Shown here: piece by piece, positions 55,565 through 64,000 of the stretch
How positions within the stretch are numbered: position 1 is the stretch's first letter
Layout of the letters: the number at the start of each line of letters is the position of its first letter
The notes under the pieces: model-generated
The model's input: only the letters and a program-made list of their open reading frames with translations
Told to the model about the DNA's origin: nothing
Databases searched by the model: none
Position numbers and translations under genes: made by a program
Assembly: GCA_934120635.1 (NCBI GenBank)
Contig: CAKOUR010000009.1
Span: forward strand, 15,406 to 79,405
DNA from: an uncultured Bacilli bacterium
Lineage (GTDB): Bacteria > Bacillota_I > Bacilli_A > RF39 > UBA660
Reading direction: 5' to 3'
Length of the DNA stretch: 64,000 nucleotides

Positions 55565-55609
55565 TAAAAAGGCTATCCTAATTTTTCTTTTTATATTATA
55601 ATGAATGAT

Positions 55610-55690
55610 ATTCACTATGATGAACAATTAAATGACTATTATTATTATATTCAGAAGGAGATAGATAAAAAAATTAATCTTTACTTATAA
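55610..55690 (+). pseudogene. relic of the addA 3' end
   Basis: TATGATGAACAATTAAATGACTATTATTATTATATTCAGAAGGAGATAGATAAAAAAATTAATCTTTACTTATA aligns with addA 32083-32156 (TATGATGAACAATTAAATGGCTATTACAAGTATATTCAGAAGAAGACAGATAAGAAAATTCATCTTTACTTATA). Confidence 0.75.
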
Positions 55691-55767
55691 ACAAAATTAA
55701 AAAAAGAAATCAAAGAGTAGAATTAGATAAAAAGTGGGAGATTAGTTACACTAGAAGAATTTTTATT

Positions 55768-55923
55768 ATGTTAATTACTTATTTTGTAGTAGTAATTTAT
55801 TCGGTAATGATTCAGAAAATGGATAGCATATGGCTTTCTTCTTTAGTTCCAGTGATTGGCTTTTTATTATCGATTTTGTCTTTAAAAATGATTAGAAAAA
55901 TTTGGGGGAAGAAAAACTGGTAA
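55768..55923 (+). CDS. possible 51-aa two-TM peptide ORF between the addA and cutA relics
   Basis: Translates to MLITYFVVVIYSVMIQKMDSIWLSSLVPVIGFLLSILSLKMIRKIWGKKNW. Only its last 30 nt (AAAATGATTAGAAAAATTTGGG) survive upstream of the intact cutA, at about 32211-32232. Confidence 0.3.
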   Translation: MLITYFVVVIYSVMIQKMDSIWLSSLVPVIGFLLSILSLKMIRKIWGKKNW

Positions 55924-56190
55924 GTATATTATTATAAAAACTTATTGTGATAGTTTAGATATTTCTAATAAAATTATCTCTTGTTTATTAGAAAAGAAAT
56001 TAGCTGCTGGTAATTAAGTTGTTGCTATTACTTCAGAATATTGGTGGAAAAAAGAAAAAAAGATGAATTTCAATTATCTTTTCGAAGTAGATATGATTTA
56101 TTTCCTACAATTAAGAAAGAAATTTTAATATTCATTCTTATGAGGTATCAGAAATTTTTTGATTGGATTGATAAAGAATTAAAGAACTGA
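55921..56190 (+). pseudogene. decayed copy of cutA
   Basis: Aligns with 32244-32560. The start ATG is lost (ACTGGTAAGTAT versus ATGAGTAAGTAT). There is an in-frame TAA (GGTAATTAAGTT versus GGTAGTCAAATT), and indels occur in the A-run and near the 3' end. Confidence 0.8.
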
Positions 56191-56199
56191 AATTTATAG

Positions 56200-57291
56200 C
56201 TAAGAATATTTTCTTTCTTTTTTTCTTTTTCTTATTAAAGATGAATTCATTTTCTTTTCTTCATTGAGATAATTATCTCTTTCAATTGGTTTTATTGATT
56301 GAAAAGAAGTTTTTTGTTTTTGAGCATATTGTTCTAAATTTCTTTTATTTTTCTGCTGATTAACTTTTAAGTTGCTAATTTCTTCCATTTGTTTTTCAAT
56401 TAATCGTTTTAATTTATCTTGTTCTAGTTCATTATCAAATTCTGTTTTGATTGTTTTTGGTAGTTTGTTTTCTCCTAATAGATTATTCATCTGGTTAAAT
56501 AGTTTTAAATGATTATTATTTCTTCTTTTTAGATAAGTAGCACTACAGATGGTTCCTAAAGTAAAGGTAGAAAATGGGATTAATAAACTTCCTGGATGAC
56601 TAATCATAATTGTTGGAATACAAGAAAAAAACATTATAAATGTACCCGTTGCTAGGGATAACAGAATTGTATTTAGGATTTTTAATTTCTTTGGTAATCT
56701 TATATCCCAAAAATAGTCAGCTATAAATTTTTTTGTTACAAGTAGGTCTAATTTATCAGTTCCTTCTTTTATTCTTTTTTCTAATTCTTCTTTTTTTAAA
56801 TCAAGTTTTTGGGAATAATCATTAGAAAATTCCAAATCTTTTTGTGATAATAAATTTATACTTTGATTGATAGTTTGATTTCTATTTTCTTTTTTTCTTA
56901 TTTCAAGTTGGCATTTTGCTTGTTCTTCTAACTGTTCAAATTTAGTTGTAGCAGAAGAAAAACTTTGTAGTAGTTTTTTTGCTTGATATTTTCTATCTAA
57001 GAAAATTTGACTTATTTTACCTATTACTATAGAGCCACCAAATAAGGCAAGAGAAAAGTTATAAGTAAAAATATTAGTAGGAATACTTAAGATGCTTGTT
57101 ATTAATATACTACTTGTAGCTAATAATAAATAAGTTATTGTCGAAAAAGAAAAAATATTAATTAACTTAAATTCAGAACTATTCATGCGAAGTATTCTTT
57201 TTTTCTCCCTCATCATTTCGATTTGTTTTTCATTTTCCTCTTGTTGTTTTTTTAACTCTATTATACTTTTTATTTGTTCATTTTCCCTCAT
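56200..57291 (-). CDS. membrane protein with an internally duplicated coiled-coil plus two-TM architecture; unknown function
   Basis: 363 aa. Order of segments: coiled coil, 2 TM, coiled coil, 2 TM, coiled coil/basic tail. No recognised motif. Confidence 0.55.
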   Translation of the reverse strand: MRENEQIKSIIELKKQQEENEKQIEMMREKKRILRMNSSEFKLINIFSFSTITYLLLATSSILITSILSIPTNIFTYNFSLALFGGSIVIGKISQIFLDRKYQAKKLLQSFSSATTKFEQLEEQAKCQLEIRKKENRNQTINQSINLLSQKDLEFSNDYSQKLDLKKEELEKRIKEGTDKLDLLVTKKFIADYFWDIRLPKKLKILNTILLSLATGTFIMFFSCIPTIMISHPGSLLIPFSTFTLGTICSATYLKRRNNNHLKLFNQMNNLLGENKLPKTIKTEFDNELEQDKLKRLIEKQMEEISNLKVNQQKNKRNLEQYAQKQKTSFQSIKPIERDNYLNEEKKMNSSLIRKRKKERKYS

Positions 57292-57376
57292 CTTTCTCTT
57301 CCTTTCTTTTTCAAACTATTTTATCATAAAATACTTATTTTTCAAATTGATTTTATTAAAGAAATAATAAAAGTAT

Positions 57377-57487
57377 TTTTTGGTTTTTTTCTAAAAAGAC
57401 TATCTTAAATTTTCTTTTTATATTATAATCAATATGGAAAGCAAAATAATACAAAAATACTGTTAGTATTAGATTATAATAAATTTA
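57377..57487 (+). repeat. duplicate of the terminator tail, upstream region and first codons of the ABC transporter gene (compare 58424-58536)
   Basis: AAAAAGACTATCTTAAATTTTCTTTTTATATTATAAT is shared with 58437-58475. CTGTTAGTATTAGATTATAATAAA aligns with ATGTTAGTATTAGAATGTAATAAA, the start of the ATPase gene. Confidence 0.75.
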
Positions 57488-57507
57488 AAAAATAGGAGGA
57501 AGAAAAA

Positions 57508-58368
57508 ATGGTTAATACATCTAGAATTTTAGAATGGAATAGGGTTAGTAGTGAAGAAGAATTATATGAATTATTAAATCAATATCATTGGATACTTTCG
57601 GAAGAGGTAATAACTTATTTAGAGCTTTTAATTAATTTAAAAGTTTCTGTGTATGAGTACAATCCGCTTGTTTCTCCAGAAATGAAAGAATTTTTATTAG
57701 AATTAGATCTTTATCGTAAGATAGCTATTTATAATATTTATTATCGAACACAAAATTTATTAATCAAAAATAATGAAGGAATCGATTTAGAAATTTCTAA
57801 TAATGAAAATGGTATGGAACATTTAAATGTTGTAGGAAAAATAGATAATCATAAATTTAATATTTTTTCTTTTCAGTATTCATCTGATAATATACAGAAA
57901 AATAATTTGTTATTTCAAGATGGTTCTTCAAATAAAATAAGAAATCTTTATATTGGAGATTCTTCTCTTTATTTAACAAAAGTTGATCTTAATTTAAGAG
58001 AGAAAGAATTGTTAAGTATTTTGGAAAGTTATGAAAAAGAATCACAAAAGTCTAATCCCTATGGTGGACATAAAAATAAATATGGTGGTCCTTCAACAAA
58101 TTGGAATTTAGAACACCAAAGAACGCTAAAAAATTTGACAGATAATTACCGCAAAATAGAAAGTCATGAAGAATTAACAGCAACAGATCAAAGAATCATT
58201 CAAGCTCAAGAATATTTCTATCAGTTATTGTTAAATGATTTTCATGTGAAAAAAAGTGATTTTTCCGAAGAAAAATATCCTTCTTCTCAAAATTCAAAAC
58301 GAATGAACAAAGTTCTGAAAAAAGAATATCCAGGAACAAAAATTAAAACAAATATTCAATATTGGTAA
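57508..58368 (+). CDS. hypothetical cytoplasmic protein (286 aa)
   Basis: Long ORF with a strong RBS (AGGAGGAAG). No TM segment and no recognised motif. Confidence 0.55.
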   Translation: MVNTSRILEWNRVSSEEELYELLNQYHWILSEEVITYLELLINLKVSVYEYNPLVSPEMKEFLLELDLYRKIAIYNIYYRTQNLLIKNNEGIDLEISNNENGMEHLNVVGKIDNHKFNIFSFQYSSDNIQKNNLLFQDGSSNKIRNLYIGDSSLYLTKVDLNLREKELLSILESYEKESQKSNPYGGHKNKYGGPSTNWNLEHQRTLKNLTDNYRKIESHEELTATDQRIIQAQEYFYQLLLNDFHVKKSDFSEEKYPSSQNSKRMNKVLKKEYPGTKIKTNIQYW

Positions 58369-58371
58369 ATG

Positions 58372-58432
58372 AAAAAAATACTGATTTAGTTTCTTCTTTT
58401 TATAAAGAGAAGACTAGGTAAGTATTTTTTTG
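58372..58432 (+). terminator. long-stem terminator, homologue of 33197-33252
   Basis: AAAAAAATACTGATTTAGTTTCTTCTTT / AAAGAGAAGACTAGGTAAGTATTTTTTT. Confidence 0.75.
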
Positions 58433-58512
58433 TTTCAAAAAAGACTATCTTAAATTTTCTTTTTATATTATAATGAATGTGGATGGTGAAATAATGCAGA
58501 AAGAAGTGCATT

Positions 58513-59409
58513 ATGTTAGTATTAGAATGTAATAAAGTTTTTAAGAAAATTGGGCATCATGTGATTGTTTCTGATTTATCTTTTTCTTTAAATGAAGGGG
58601 ATATTTTAGGTTTTATTGGTCCTAATGGTGCTGGGAAGACTACCTCTATTAAGTTGATGTTAGGGTTGCAAAGTTTAAGTGGTGGTAGTGTAAAAATTTT
58701 AGGTTATGATATTAAAAAAGATTTTGTTAAAGCAATTAGACAGGTTGGGGCGATTGTTGAGAATCCTGATTTGTATATGTATTTAACTGGATATGAGAAT
58801 TTGAAAATTGCCTCTGTTTTTTATCAAGTAGATAAGAATAGAATTGATGAAATAGTTAGGTTAGTTGGTTTAGAGAATCGTATTCATGATGCAGTAAAAA
58901 ATTATTCTCTTGGTATGCGTCAGAGATTAGGGATTGCTGTTGCTATTCTTCATCGACCTAAGTTATTGATTTTGGATGAACCAATGAATGGTTTAGATCC
59001 AGAGGGAATTAAAGATTTAAAAAATATTTTGACTACTTTGGCACGTGATTATTCGATGGCTATTATTATTTCTAGTCATATTTTATCAGAGTTGGAATCT
59101 TTTTGTACTAGGATTTGTATTTTTTCTAAGGGAAGAGTAGAAAAAGATGCTTCTATTGCAGAAATTAAAAAAATTACAGAAAAAGAACGCTACTGTTTAG
59201 AGGTTAGTGATACAAATTTAGATTCTATTTTAACTTCTTATCAGGTTTTAGATAATGAACATATTGAAGTTTCTGCTACAAGAGAGAATATTGTTAATAT
59301 TTTAAAAGCTCTATTATTAAATGGTATTTTTGTGTATGAATTAAAAAGAGAAGTTTTATCTTTAGAAGATGTTTTCTTAAAAGTGATGGAGGCATCTCAT
59401 GATATTTAA
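58513..59409 (+). CDS. ABC transporter ATP-binding protein (ABC-2 type)
   Basis: Walker A GPNGAGKTT, signature LSLGMRQRLGIA, Walker B LLILDEPMNGLD. Confidence 0.9.
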   Translation: MLVLECNKVFKKIGHHVIVSDLSFSLNEGDILGFIGPNGAGKTTSIKLMLGLQSLSGGSVKILGYDIKKDFVKAIRQVGAIVENPDLYMYLTGYENLKIASVFYQVDKNRIDEIVRLVGLENRIHDAVKNYSLGMRQRLGIAVAILHRPKLLILDEPMNGLDPEGIKDLKNILTTLARDYSMAIIISSHILSELESFCTRICIFSKGRVEKDASIAEIKKITEKERYCLEVSDTNLDSILTSYQVLDNEHIEVSATRENIVNILKALLLNGIFVYELKREVLSLEDVFLKVMEASHDI

Positions 59410-60820
59410 ATTAATGAAAATAGAACTTTTAAAAGTATTTAGAAAAAAGGGAATTTATGTTATTTGGGGAGTGATGCTATTATTTTGTTTTTTTAATAAT
59501 TTTTTGTATTGGCGGGATTATGATAAAGAGGGTAGATATTTATATGAAGAAAAAGAAAATATTCAAGAAGAAATAAAGAATTTAACTAAGGAAAAAGATT
59601 CTGTTGTATTAGGAACTGATGCTAGGATTATGTTAGAAACAAAGATAGAACTTTTAAAATTAAAGTCAACTTTTTCTAAAAATTCATGGCAATATTTTAA
59701 AGTAAATGATTATTTATATGATGCTTTATATGAGAAAAATAAAGATAGTACTAATTTAGAAAAAGTTAAGTATTATGATACTTTAGTTTCGAAGTTTAAA
59801 AATAATGATTATTCTTATTTTTGGCATTTAGAGAAGAAAGATTTAGAGAGTCAAATTTCCTTTTTAAAGGAAGAGCTGGAAAATGGAGAAGGGGATACTA
59901 GTCTTCAGAAGAATCTTGAACAAAAAGAAGAAGAGTTGTCTGTATTAAACTATCGAATTAAGAATCGTATTGTTGAAGATAATGGGTATTTGAATGAGGC
60001 ATTGTCAACTTATCTTAGTTCACGAGATAAATTAAAGGAGCTTTCTAAAAATCCTTACCAAGAAAAAATAGTTTATCAAGAAGTGAAAAGAGAAATGAAG
60101 ATTAGTGAGGTTGTTCTTTTGGATAGAGTGAATTATCAAAAAGAAAACACCTTAAATTCATTAATCAAAGGAATTATGAATGATTATGAACTTTTCTTTG
60201 TTATTATTCTTTTGATGGTTAGTGCATCTTTAATTTGTGATGAATTTCAAAAGGGAACAGTTAAGTTTCTCTTGATAAAACCAGTAAGTCGATTTATAAT
60301 ATTATTAAGTAAATATTTTACTTCCTTACTTGTTCTTTTGATGAGTGTTCTTCTTGTTTTTGGATTTCAATTTGTTTTAGGAGGAATATTTTTTGGAGTA
60401 GATTCTCTACATTTAGGAGTAATTGTTTATGATTATGGATTAGATAAAGTACTTCATTTGAATGTGTTTCTTTGGTTTTTAATATCTTTATTATCGAAGA
60501 TGCCTTCGATGCTGATGCTTAGTTTAATCGCTTTCCTACTTGGAATCGTAACCTCATCAACGATAATTTCAATGATTATTCCTTTGATGATTTCAATCTT
60601 TTCCTCATCGTTGTTAGAACTTGCTATTTCTCATCATCTTTATTGGATGAAGTATTTGCCTAATTTTACTTGGCAATTTTCTTCCTATTTATTTGGAAAG
60701 TTTTCTGGATTAGAGGGGTTGGATTTTTGGTTTTCTTGTATTTGGTATAGTTTATATTTTGTTATTTTTCTTCTTTTAATAAGAGGAATATTTAAACGAA
60801 AAGATATTAAGAATGTGTAA
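59399..60820 (+). CDS. ABC-2 type permease with a large N-terminal loop
   Basis: Overlaps the ATPase gene. One N-terminal TM segment, a 230-aa charged/coiled region, then 5-6 TM segments. Confidence 0.7.
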   Translation: MIFKLMKIELLKVFRKKGIYVIWGVMLLFCFFNNFLYWRDYDKEGRYLYEEKENIQEEIKNLTKEKDSVVLGTDARIMLETKIELLKLKSTFSKNSWQYFKVNDYLYDALYEKNKDSTNLEKVKYYDTLVSKFKNNDYSYFWHLEKKDLESQISFLKEELENGEGDTSLQKNLEQKEEELSVLNYRIKNRIVEDNGYLNEALSTYLSSRDKLKELSKNPYQEKIVYQEVKREMKISEVVLLDRVNYQKENTLNSLIKGIMNDYELFFVIILLMVSASLICDEFQKGTVKFLLIKPVSRFIILLSKYFTSLLVLLMSVLLVFGFQFVLGGIFFGVDSLHLGVIVYDYGLDKVLHLNVFLWFLISLLSKMPSMLMLSLIAFLLGIVTSSTIISMIIPLMISIFSSSLLELAISHHLYWMKYLPNFTWQFSSYLFGKFSGLEGLDFWFSCIWYSLYFVIFLLLIRGIFKRKDIKNV

Positions 60821-60832
60821 GGAGGGGTAAGG

Positions 60833-61459
60833 ATGGCTTCTGCTTTAAGAAAGATGATTACAAGTTATTTTCCTGATGTATGGCCGGTAATTATTATCAT
60901 TACGGTAATTTGTTGTTCTCTTAGAGTTTCGTATTTAATTTTACATAAAGAGAAGTTTTGTTTTTATAAAGAGTTATTTATGTTGCTTTTTATTCTTTAT
61001 GTGATGTGTTTATTTGAAGTTGTTACTATTCAAGATGATAATTATGGATTATCTAATTTTATTCCTTTTAGGGAAATATTTCGCTATCAAGTAGGAAGTC
61101 GTTTATTTATTAAAAATATTATTGGGAATATTTTATTATTTTTACCTTATGGTTATTTTGCTAGTGATTATTTGAAAGTAAAAAAAGTATGGTGGATTGC
61201 TGGTCTTACCATGATTATTTCTTTAACGATTGAGATTGTTCAATTAAATATTGGAAGAACTTTTGATGTAGATGATATGATTTTGAATACATTAGGAGGA
61301 AGTATAGGTTTTTTCATTTATTGTGTTTTAGATAGTTTAAGAGAGAGATTGCCTGCTTTTTGTAAGAGTGATGGGTTTGTTAATTTTGTTGTTATTGTTA
61401 TTTTTATTGTTGGGATTATTTATTTATTTGATTTACATGTAATGGAGTTTATTTCTTAG
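60833..61459 (+). CDS. VanZ-like membrane protein
   Basis: About 200 aa with 5 TM segments. The pattern NFIPFREI...NILLFLPYGYF...EIVQL...GRTFDVDDMILNTLGG is typical of the VanZ family. Confidence 0.7.
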   Translation: MASALRKMITSYFPDVWPVIIIITVICCSLRVSYLILHKEKFCFYKELFMLLFILYVMCLFEVVTIQDDNYGLSNFIPFREIFRYQVGSRLFIKNIIGNILLFLPYGYFASDYLKVKKVWWIAGLTMIISLTIEIVQLNIGRTFDVDDMILNTLGGSIGFFIYCVLDSLRERLPAFCKSDGFVNFVVIVIFIVGIIYLFDLHVMEFIS

Positions 61460-61475
61460 AAAGTTGAGGTTTTTT

Positions 61476-61916
61476 ATGTTTGATATTATTAATAATTATA
61501 ATGAAGAGGTATTAGAGTTAGATATTTTAGAAAAGTATGTGACATATGTTGTAAAAAAATTAAAGTTAGAGAAGGCTATATTTAATTTTATATTAGTTGA
61601 TGAAGAGGAGATTCATGAATTAAATAAAACTTATCGTAAAGTAGATAGACCTACTGATGTGATTACTTTTGCTTTAGAGGATGGAGATGATTTTCAAAAT
61701 CCTGAGTTTAGGACTTTGGGAGATGTTTATATTTGTGTTCCTATAGCTTACAAGCAAGCAGAGATGTATGGACATTCTAGAATTCGAGAAATTTGTTTTC
61801 TAGCAACACATGGGATTTTACATTTACTTGGCTATGACCATATGGAAGAGGAAGAAGAGAAAGTGATGTTTTCTTTACAAGAGGAGTTGTTAAAGGGTTA
61901 TGAGATTAATCGGTAA
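61476..61916 (+). CDS. ybeY: rRNA maturation endoribonuclease YbeY
   Basis: Zinc motif HGILHLLGYDH. The start is moved to the ATG at 61476 after GAGG. Confidence 0.9.
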   Translation: MFDIINNYNEEVLELDILEKYVTYVVKKLKLEKAIFNFILVDEEEIHELNKTYRKVDRPTDVITFALEDGDDFQNPEFRTLGDVYICVPIAYKQAEMYGHSRIREICFLATHGILHLLGYDHMEEEEEKVMFSLQEELLKGYEINR

Positions 61917-62310
61917 AATGAAGGTTAAAAAATTATTAAAGAGTCAAGGTCGTGCAAAGTTTAGAGAAAGTGCATCTCACGCGATGGATGGGATTACTTA
62001 TACAGTAAGTCATGAGAGAAATTTTAGAATAGAACTTGCTGCTGCTTGTTTGGTTACGTTCCTTAGTTATTTTTTGAAAGTTAGTGTAGTGGAGTGGTGT
62101 ATTTTGCTTCTTACTATTTCTCTTGTTTTAGTATTAGAGATGGTTAATACGGCGATTGAAAGAACTGTTGATTTGGTGACTAAAGATTATTATGAACTTG
62201 CTAAAAATGCAAAAGATGTTGCAGCAGGAGCAGTGCTTGTTGCTAGTATGTTTTCTGTTGTTCTTGGGATATTGATTTTTTTACCTAAGATTATTAGTTT
62301 ATTAAAGTAA
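61900..62310 (+). CDS. dgkA: diacylglycerol/undecaprenol kinase (DgkA family)
   Basis: Three TM segments with LEMVNTAIERTVDL and AKDVAAGAVL motifs. It overlaps the ybeY stop, as in the conserved phoH-ybeY-dgkA cluster. Confidence 0.85.
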   Translation: MRLIGKMKVKKLLKSQGRAKFRESASHAMDGITYTVSHERNFRIELAAACLVTFLSYFLKVSVVEWCILLLTISLVLVLEMVNTAIERTVDLVTKDYYELAKNAKDVAAGAVLVASMFSVVLGILIFLPKIISLLK

Positions 62311-62336
62311 AATACTGATTTAGTATTTTTCTTTTC
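62309..62336 (+). terminator. rho-independent terminator
   Basis: AAAATACT / AGTATTTT stem, loop GATTT, T-rich tail. Confidence 0.5.
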
Positions 62337-62370
62337 GAATTAGAATTTTAATGGTTTGAGGAGATGTGAG

Positions 62371-62592
62371 ATGAAAAAGTTAAGCGGAAGAGTAGTTGAA
62401 GTTTTTATTCCAGATAATATGAATCAAGAAGTAGGTTTTAGAGTAGAAACTAATGAAGGGATAAAAGAGATTATAGAAGAGCAAGATGAATATAATGCTA
62501 AAATATTAAGAGAGGATAATGTAATTGTTACAGAACAAATTATTGATGGAAAATATTTTATTGATATAGAATTAGGGGAAAAGTATGAATAA
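62371..62592 (+). CDS. small acidic hypothetical protein (73 aa)
   Basis: ATG at 62371, 7 nt after GAGGAG. Its stop overlaps the start of the downstream helicase gene (ATGAATAA). Confidence 0.5.
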   Translation: MKKLSGRVVEVFIPDNMNQEVGFRVETNEGIKEIIEEQDEYNAKILREDNVIVTEQIIDGKYFIDIELGEKYE

Positions 62593-64000
62593 TTTACTAA
62601 ATTTATATCCTCATAATTTAGAAGGATATGATGAGGCTAAAAAAGCTTATCAAGAAGGAAAAAAAATTGTCAGTGAAGTTCGGGCAACGGGAACTGGGAA
62701 AAGTTATATTAACCTACAATTTGCTTTAGATAATCAAGATAAAAAAGGGATTTATGTTGTTCCTAGTTTATCTATTATTGAACATTTAAAAGAAATTGTT
62801 AACGAAAATTCAAATGTTAGTTTAAGTGATTTTTCTCATGTTGATTTTAGAACTTATCAAAGTTTTGTTAATATGAGTTATAATGAGATAAAAAATTTAG
62901 CGTGTGATTTTTTGATTGTTGATGAATTCCATCATTTGAATGGGCTTGTATGGGAGAATAGAATTTCAAAATTGATTGAAACACATCCTGATATTAAGGT
63001 GCTTGGGACAACGGCTTATACCGTAGTTTCAAGAGGAACTTCTTATGAGAGGGATATGGCTTTGGCTGGTGGAAATGAAATATTTTCTGATTCAATAGTT
63101 AATCGCTATGATTTATGTGATGCGATAATTGATGGTGTTTTACCAAAACCAATTTATAAAAGTGCTTATATTCATTTGTCTAGTGAATTATCTGATATTG
63201 AAAGAAATTTAGAAAGTAGTCATTTAACTACAAAGGAATATCAAGAGTATCAACTTGTTTTAGATGATTTAAAGAGAAAAATTCATGAAGCACCAACTAT
63301 TGCGGATGTTTTAAAGAAAAATTTAAAACCAAATGGAAAGTATTATTATTTTTGTCCTGTTAAATCAGAAGAAGGAATAAATGATATTGAAACAATAAAA
63401 AAACAAATGTTAGAAAATCTAGCGGGAAAATATGGGAAAGAAGATATTGTTTTTTATACTACAACTTCAGAAATGGGAGAATTAGGAAAGAAAAATCGAG
63501 ATGCCTTTTACCATGATAAAACATTAGATGGACAAGATTGTTCAAATAAACTTCGTATTATGTTTGCAATTAACCAATATAATGAAGGGGTACATGCTCC
63601 TGGTGTTGATGGTGTAATTGAGGGCAGAATGACAAATTCTGATATTGTCTTTTTTGAACATATTGGTAGATCTTTAGCTGTAAGAGGAGATAATCAGAAA
63701 AGAAAAGAAGAATTAGAAAAATATTCTTCTGAGGAATTATTACAAATGTGTCATGATAGAGATATTTTAGTCAAAGAAAATAATTCTAAAGAAGAAATAA
63801 TAGAAAAATTACTTTCTCCTCTTATTATTGATTTAACTTGTAATTATGAATGGATTAAAGAGTTAGAAGATCATTTAAAGAATAGATTAAAAGAAAATAT
63901 AGGAAGAAAAAATAATACTTATCAAAGAAGAAAACTCATTGATGCATCATTTGATATAGAAGTAGAAAATATTGACTTATTTTCTAGTTTAATGGAATTA
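62585..64000 (+). CDS. SF2 helicase (DEAD/DEAH, restriction-Res-like), 3' end outside the window
   Basis: My own translation from the ATG at 62585; the ORF is absent from the track because no stop falls in the window. Motif I RATGTGKSY, Ia VVPSLSII, II VDEFHH, III GTTA, V/VI NQYNEGVHAPGVD...EHIGRSLA. The frame is open to base 64000. Confidence 0.75.
   Translation, partial: MNNLLNLYPHNLEGYDEAKKAYQEGKKIVSEVRATGTGKSYINLQFALDNQDKKGIYVVPSLSIIEHLKEIVNENSNVSLSDFSHVDFRTYQSFVNMSYNEIKNLACDFLIVDEFHHLNGLVWENRISKLIETHPDIKVLGTTAYTVVSRGTSYERDMALAGGNEIFSDSIVNRYDLCDAIIDGVLPKPIYKSAYIHLSSELSDIERNLESSHLTTKEYQEYQLVLDDLKRKIHEAPTIADVLKKNLKPNGKYYYFCPVKSEEGINDIETIKKQMLENLAGKYGKEDIVFYTTTSEMGELGKKNRDAFYHDKTLDGQDCSNKLRIMFAINQYNEGVHAPGVDGVIEGRMTNSDIVFFEHIGRSLAVRGDNQKRKEELEKYSSEELLQMCHDRDILVKENNSKEEIIEKLLSPLIIDLTCNYEWIKELEDHLKNRLKENIGRKNNTYQRRKLIDASFDIEVENIDLFSSLMEL

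Noticed and set aside
33266-58432. Calling the accessory region a mobile genetic element or genomic island with defined att sites
   Set aside because: No integrase, transposase, relaxase or phage gene, and no flanking tRNA, is present. The flanking repeats are decayed gene fragments and terminator copies rather than att-like short repeats. It is reported as a rearrangement scar instead.

Overview
Very AT-rich chromosomal segment of a low-GC Gram-positive bacterium. AddAB, SepF/DivIVA, a T-box leader, rubrerythrin and sortase-type sorting signals suggest an anaerobic Erysipelotrichia/Clostridia-like organism (inference). Bases 1-33.2 kb and 58.4-64 kb are mostly housekeeping genes: SufU, SepF, DivIVA, cysteine desulfurase, RNase R, two tandem CapA paralogues, ParE, TadA, RarA, HtrA, rubrerythrin, T-box-controlled IleRS, Ung, AddB/AddA, CutA, HAD hydrolase, an ABC-2 transporter, VanZ, YbeY and DgkA. 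Scattered among them are an Abi-like gene, two wall-anchored surface proteins and a truncated SF2 helicase at the 3' edge. The centre (about 33.2-55.6 kb) is an accessory locus with no recombinase, built as two modules. Each module has (i) a signal-peptidase-like protein that has lost catalytic residues, (ii) an intact SipW/archaeal-type signal peptidase I, and (iii-v) three classes of secreted proteins. All of these carry the same SipW/TasA-class signal motif ([ST][YF][AS]x[FY]) straight after the hydrophobic core. Module A additionally encodes a possible degenerate EAL-like protein, a membrane-anchored McrB-like AAA+ GTPase, an McrC-N-terminal-like partner without a recognisable nuclease, and a 2,536-aa beta-helix-repeat protein with the same signal motif. 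I read this as an uncharacterised TasA-like fibre/adhesin assembly system with an unexpected NTPase module. From 55.56 to 58.5 kb there are decayed duplicates of the addA 3' end/cutA junction and of the terminator/upstream region of the ABC transporter, which mark repeated rearrangement or insertion at this site. No rRNA, tRNA, CRISPR array, transposase or integrase was seen.
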